Translations under genes and position numbers: made by a program
In this document: positions 59,611 through 64,000 of the stretch, piece by piece
How the letters are laid out: each line of letters opens with the position of its first letter
Position numbering within the stretch: position 1 is the first letter of the stretch
The notes under the pieces: generated by a model
What the model was told of the DNA's origin: nothing
Seen by the model: the letters and a program-made list of their open reading frames with translations, nothing else
Databases searched by the model: none
Assembly: GCA_965204215.1 (NCBI GenBank)
Contig: CBDBDZ010000014.1
Span: 101,252-165,251, forward strand
DNA from: Pseudomonadales bacterium
Lineage (GTDB): Bacteria > Pseudomonadota > Gammaproteobacteria > Pseudomonadales > GM7GCV1
Length of the DNA: 64,000 bases
Direction of reading: 5' to 3'

Positions 59611-60384
59611 ATGTCAGAGTTTCAATCGTCTGCGGAAATTAGCCAAAGCCACGCTTATATAGACTTATCACCTCAGGCTATCAAGGAACAGCAAGCCGTT
59701 AAAAATCAATGCTGTAATGATCGCCATAATCTGGCTCAGGAAGTGGAACAGCAAAAAGTCATCAGTCTCGCTAAGTCTTTCGATAATATTTTCGGCATTG
59801 AAAACCGCGATATTGTAATTGTCGCACTCACTGAGTTTCAAAGCCAGTGTACCGAAGACATTACGGCTTATCCTGTTCAGGAAATTTTAGCATGTATCCG
59901 TGAAGACATTGATACAAAAATTCTTGAGTCTCGACAAGATACAATAAATGCACATTCCGTCAAAACCGAGAGACAGCTGGATTCGGATAATGTTCTGCTT
60001 GAAAGGGAAAATGCTGATTTTAGCCATATATTGCAAAGCAAGCTCGAAGCTATCGGCAATCAGGACATTCAAACCCTTGCTAAAATTCACACTGATATTC
60101 GCGATAAAGGGCAATTTTCGGGCAAGAATGAAAACATAATTGTCATCGACAACCTTGATGTAGCCAAAGCAATTTTAGAACGTATCGCTGACATTCAGGA
60201 GACTATGGCGGTGATCCAGACACATTTTCTCCCGACCGAACAGGCAATTATTCAAAACGCTCAAATCAATCTGGCGGGCAATTCCACCCGCGAAATCTAC
60301 GCGGCGTCTTTAGCGCGATTGAATCGGGCATTGTCGATAACCAGCGAAAAAAGGAGCTCAGGCGAATTATCGAAAAAGAGCTAA
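59611..60384 (+). CDS. hypothetical acidic helical protein
   Basis: 257 aa with no recognisable domain. It has a single plausible ATG start. Confidence 0.6.
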   Translation: MSEFQSSAEISQSHAYIDLSPQAIKEQQAVKNQCCNDRHNLAQEVEQQKVISLAKSFDNIFGIENRDIVIVALTEFQSQCTEDITAYPVQEILACIREDIDTKILESRQDTINAHSVKTERQLDSDNVLLERENADFSHILQSKLEAIGNQDIQTLAKIHTDIRDKGQFSGKNENIIVIDNLDVAKAILERIADIQETMAVIQTHFLPTEQAIIQNAQINLAGNSTREIYAASLARLNRALSITSEKRSSGELSKKS

Positions 60385-60392
60385 AGCTTGAT

Positions 60393-61076
60393 GTGGAGGC
60401 AAAGACTGGGAGCGATATACAAAAATCATTTGACGCAGGCTTTGGGCTGGATTCCAATGGTAAAAAAATCCCCTTTAGCTTCAAACACCCCGCCCAGCTA
60501 CAGAAAAACACCCAGCTTTATGAAAAACCCGATGGCACGCGGATTGTCGATTTTCAGCTACCCGATAATCGCCATTTCAAAGTCGAATTTTCCGCCAGTC
60601 TCAATGGTGAAGATGTCGGCGAGATTGTTTTTGCCGGGCAAATGATCTACGCTTGCGAAACGCTGGCACTGGCTCAGCCGATCTTTCAGCGTGGCACAAA
60701 AATTACTCAAGGCGGTACTATCGACATTCATTTTGATGATATTATCAAAGCCCGCAAAGTCGCCCAGTACCTTTTGGGCAATACCTCAGGCTACGACGGC
60801 AATATTCTGGATTCTGCCAATATTGCCCGCCTCAAAAAAGATCTTCAATGCCTACGGCGCGAAGGTGACTGGGCGACAGGTGATAACGACCCCACTCGCG
60901 CTATACGAGATTTTCAGGAACTGGGGATTGTGGATGAAGGTGGTAATATTGACTGGTACAATTTTGAGCGGGTTAGTGATTTTATTCAGCGAGAAAAGAG
61001 TAGAGGGACAGTACCAGAATTTGAATCATTGTATAAATATTTGCAAAAAATTAAGGGGTATTATCCATACTTATAG
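60393..61076 (+). CDS. hypothetical protein
   Basis: 227 aa from a GTG start with no Shine-Dalgarno. Its reading frame is open about 200 nt further upstream and reads protein-like there. It may be the 3' part of the preceding gene. Confidence 0.55.
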   Translation: MEAKTGSDIQKSFDAGFGLDSNGKKIPFSFKHPAQLQKNTQLYEKPDGTRIVDFQLPDNRHFKVEFSASLNGEDVGEIVFAGQMIYACETLALAQPIFQRGTKITQGGTIDIHFDDIIKARKVAQYLLGNTSGYDGNILDSANIARLKKDLQCLRREGDWATGDNDPTRAIRDFQELGIVDEGGNIDWYNFERVSDFIQREKSRGTVPEFESLYKYLQKIKGYYPYL

Positions 61077-62656
61077 CTGGAACATAAAAATCATCACTGT
61101 GCTGCAACACTGCTGAAATTGAAGCTACTGTTGAACCATTTATGATGACAGCTAAACTAGCGTCAGAGGAGCTACTCCCTATACGGCAAGAGCTAGACGC
61201 TGAGGTAATTTGAAGTACATGCCGTCCAGGTGTCAATCTCATAATTTGGGGTATTGAATTAAAAGTACCACTTAAAGTTCCAGCAAACACACCATCCAAT
61301 GTATATGATGCAGTACATGAACCATAGCCATCTCTTTGAAAAGTTACACTTACTCGATTATCGGGAAATGAACCTGTATTACCTAAATCAGTACATGACT
61401 GACATGCCCCAGTTTGAAAAGGAAAAGGACCTATATTTTCACCAGTGCCTCCTGAGTAGTATGCACTAGTTAATAACCTACGCAAAACTGGGCGACCATC
61501 ATTTTCATGTGGGCAAACTTGAAAGCTATATATTTTCCCAAAATTACCATTAAAATTGGATTGATATTTTGTAGGTTAATTGAGTATTGATTATTTTCTC
61601 TTGTCAATGGGACATTGCTATTAAACAATAACCTTGATGATGTATCATTTTGAAAACTAGGTAAACACCCAGAAATACGGCTAGTAACATCAGGATGATA
61701 AGCTATTTGATTTTTAGAAAATTGACTATACTTTGTATTCATTATCAGATGACCATTACAATCATCAGTTTCTAACCTCAACTGACCTAAACTTCGATTA
61801 TCAATAAATAAATTAAAATTATCATCACGTGCATTATTGTCATTAGCTACCCAAATAGCCATGTCAGAATCACTACAAACTAATGGAGGTTCAGGCGTTG
61901 GCTCTGGTTCGGGTTCTTCCTCTTCTCACCACAATCATTATCAAGTTGGTTTTTAAGGCTGGTAATATTAGAGTTTATATGATTCCACGAGACGCTTCCA
62001 TTCAGGTAGGTTTTCAAAAAATTATGATTCAAGAAATCTACAAACAGATTTTCCCTTTGGTCAGCAAGACCAAGATCGAAATTACTTGCTAATGGAGCTA
62101 CTGGTAAATATGCTCGCGCAGCAGCAATAACGGTATCTTGATGGCTAGTAGACCAACCTCCTTCACTATCAATATGACTGGCTGCAGCCCCTACCATAAC
62201 TGTTCCAATACAAGATTGTAATTCAGAATTCTGACGGATAATTTCAGAATACACTAAATTGGCAAATATAGTTCCCTGTGAATGGGCAATAATAATAGTT
62301 TTAGGTCTTGATTCATTAATTGAACTTATTATTTCGTCGACAAAATCATTAATATCTTGCTGAGCTGTACTTCTGCTAATCATACGTTGCAATGCTCTGG
62401 CATGTAACTCAGCAGCGCTGGGTACAAGATTATTTGATTTTGGATTGTACAGCTTCCAAAAATTTGACGGTATGGCATCTATTTGCTGTAAACGATAGGT
62501 TTCCGCCAAATCTTCTAAAAAGCCTTCACTCTGGTTATATAAAACTCTCACTCTACCTTGAGGTAATCCAAGCAATCGTGAAATTTCAAAGGCAGCATCC
62601 TTTGCTTCTTCATCATCAGGATTATTAACGCCATTAATGTAAAAAATATTATAATC
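61051..62656 (-). pseudogene. decayed multidomain lipase-like (alpha/beta hydrolase) gene
   Basis: Three consecutive ORFs (62575-61880, 61862-61470, 61485-61051) are linked by frame continuity. They comprise an AHSQGT nucleophile elbow, an out-of-frame EEEEPEPEPTPEPP linker, and a Cys/Gly/Ser-rich C-terminal region. The frame is open up to the IS30 end with no start codon. Confidence 0.65.
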
Positions 62657-63741
62657 CGCACATTCAACTCATAAGTGCACATTGGTTAGAAAAAATAAGT
62701 TTATCTTGAGTTAGCTCAAGAAATACCTGCCAAGGGGTTTTGTACCCCAAGCATTTACGTGGTCGATTATTAATTTTATCAACCGCATTAAATACCTCGG
62801 TAGTGGTTACTTTATCTAATGCCATGCCCTTAGGAAAATAACGTCTAAGCAACCCATTGCTTTGTTCGTTTAAGCCCCTCTCCCAACTATGATAAGGCCT
62901 AGCAAAATAGCCTTTACAATCGAGCTTTTCGGCAATGATATTATGGGCTGAGAACTCACGACCATTATCATAGGTTATCGTGTGGACATAATCCCTAAAA
63001 GTAGCTAAAAGAGTGATAACTGCGGCGCTTGTTAGCTCTGCTGTCTTACGGGCAATTGGCATAGCTAGATAAAGTCGACTACGCCGCTCTGCTAGTGTAA
63101 CGATAGCTCCTTTATGGCCTTTACCAATAACCGTGTCCGCTTCCCAATCGCCTAATCGGCTTTTTTTATCAACAATAGAGGGGCGTTCTTCAATATCAAT
63201 CCGATTGGGGATACGGCCTCTATAATCGTTCTTACCATAGCGTTTGCGGTTCTTTTTAGAGGCATGACTCAAATGCCGATAAAGATTGCCTCCCTTGGCT
63301 TTATCGGCATAAATAAAGCGATAGACACTTTCATGATGAATACTAATGCCTTGCTCCATCTTGAGAATGGCGCAAATAATCTCAGGACTCCAGTCTATCT
63401 TCAACTTCTTAATAATAAAATCTTGAATCGATTTTGTTAGCTTTATTGACTTTGTCTTCATTTGATGTCGTTGCTGAGCTTTCTGATGAGCCTGCTTAAA
63501 ACGGTAACCATTCAAGCCAGTATTGCGCTTCAATTCACGACCTATCGTTGTATGGTGACGACCCATACTTTTTGCTATCGATGAATTGCTAAATCCGCTT
63601 CGTTTCATGGTGTAAATGTGGTATCTTTCGTTGTCGGTTAATTGTATATATCGTGTGGTCATTGCATCACCTTTAAGTTTTTCGACGAACTGCTTATTAT
63701 ACAGTTAATCGACTTTTTTAAGATGTGCACTTATTATGCGT
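62657..63741 (-). mobile_element. IS30-family insertion sequence, copy 2 (1085 bp)
   Basis: It matches copy 1 except for the differences I could see: one C/G substitution (E to Q in the transposase), an A versus TTA change near 63694, and one extra A near 63721. Confidence 0.85.
62664..63662 (-). CDS. IS30-family transposase
   Basis: 332 aa. It differs from the copy 1 protein at one residue (AHQKAQ versus AHEKAQ). Confidence 0.92.
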   Translation of the reverse strand: MTTRYIQLTDNERYHIYTMKRSGFSNSSIAKSMGRHHTTIGRELKRNTGLNGYRFKQAHQKAQQRHQMKTKSIKLTKSIQDFIIKKLKIDWSPEIICAILKMEQGISIHHESVYRFIYADKAKGGNLYRHLSHASKKNRKRYGKNDYRGRIPNRIDIEERPSIVDKKSRLGDWEADTVIGKGHKGAIVTLAERRSRLYLAMPIARKTAELTSAAVITLLATFRDYVHTITYDNGREFSAHNIIAEKLDCKGYFARPYHSWERGLNEQSNGLLRRYFPKGMALDKVTTTEVFNAVDKINNRPRKCLGYKTPWQVFLELTQDKLIFSNQCALMS

Positions 63742-64000
63742 TTATATTATTGTTGTCATATTTTGGTAGAGGGGTTATAAAGCTCTAAAGAGTTTTGTAT
63801 CAGAAAATGATATTTTAGATCACTGCTGTCCCACAATTGAGTAGGCATTGTCGTTATTTCTTTAAATAATTAAAACAGTTTTTTCTGCCAAAAAAACGAT
63901 AGAATAAAACAAAGCGTATCTCTCATTAATTTGATAAAATAGAGTTGCAAAAAAACACTTTATAAATCAACAAGAGAATAGCTTTGAGTCATCATAATAC

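Noticed and set aside
60336-60345. Programmed -1 ribosomal frameshift at GAA AAA AGG joining the 257-aa and 227-aa ORFs
   Set aside because: In the upstream frame the heptamer reads A AAA AGG, so the A-site codon cannot re-pair after a slip. The downstream frame already reads protein-like about 20 codons before this site. A simple indel near 60325 explains the data better.
38895-63741. The IS30 pair acting as a composite transposon
   Set aside because: The intervening 22.7 kb contains essential housekeeping genes in conserved gammaproteobacterial order (prfA, mrdA-rodA, nadD, proA, ssrA). This is not a mobilised cargo.

Overview
This 64-kb window comes from a fairly AT-rich chromosome that looks gammaproteobacterial. 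The evidence is conserved gene order: rpoZ-spoT, proA-nadD-rsfS-rlmH-mrdA-rodA-mltB, and a tRNA Pro-Arg-His cluster. Positions 1-53.2 kb are mostly densely packed housekeeping genes: argC, trpE, spoT, mutY, pepQ, pdxB, dtd, tag, pepA, mdh, ispG, hisS, ribH, ggt, feoAB, prfA and the cell-wall/ribosome block.

Two accessory-looking blocks sit inside this core. The first is a thiolase / choline-sulfatase / long KASIII trio at 15.2-19.1 kb. The second is a tight seven-gene minus-strand catabolic operon at 28.6-36.9 kb, with a divergent permease-gloA pair. That operon is built around an uninterrupted (non-pyrrolysine) MttB-family methyltransferase.

A tmRNA gene at 53238-53595 is followed by a P4-type integrase and a mosaic genomic island, and the right island end is not visible in the window. 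The island carries:
- an alpha/beta hydrolase;
- a decayed IS3 element inserted into a small ORF;
- a FimB/FimE-like tyrosine recombinase that has only the catalytic domain;
- a repeat-rich non-coding stretch with a 16-bp inverted repeat, which I read as a candidate invertible switch;
- three domain-less hypothetical genes;
- a frameshifted lipase-like gene that is 5'-truncated by IS30.

Two near-identical IS30 copies (38895-39976 and 62657-63741) lie in direct orientation.

Smaller-scale signals include:
- a recurrent 12-13-nt motif TTAA(A)CCCRRATT sitting on stop codons and start regions;
- a 69-nt dispersed repeat;
- a Fur box at feoA;
- a near-consensus promoter that implies a leaderless mRNA;
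- a general scarcity of Shine-Dalgarno sequences.

All calls come from reading the sequence and the ORF translations. No database search or statistic was run.
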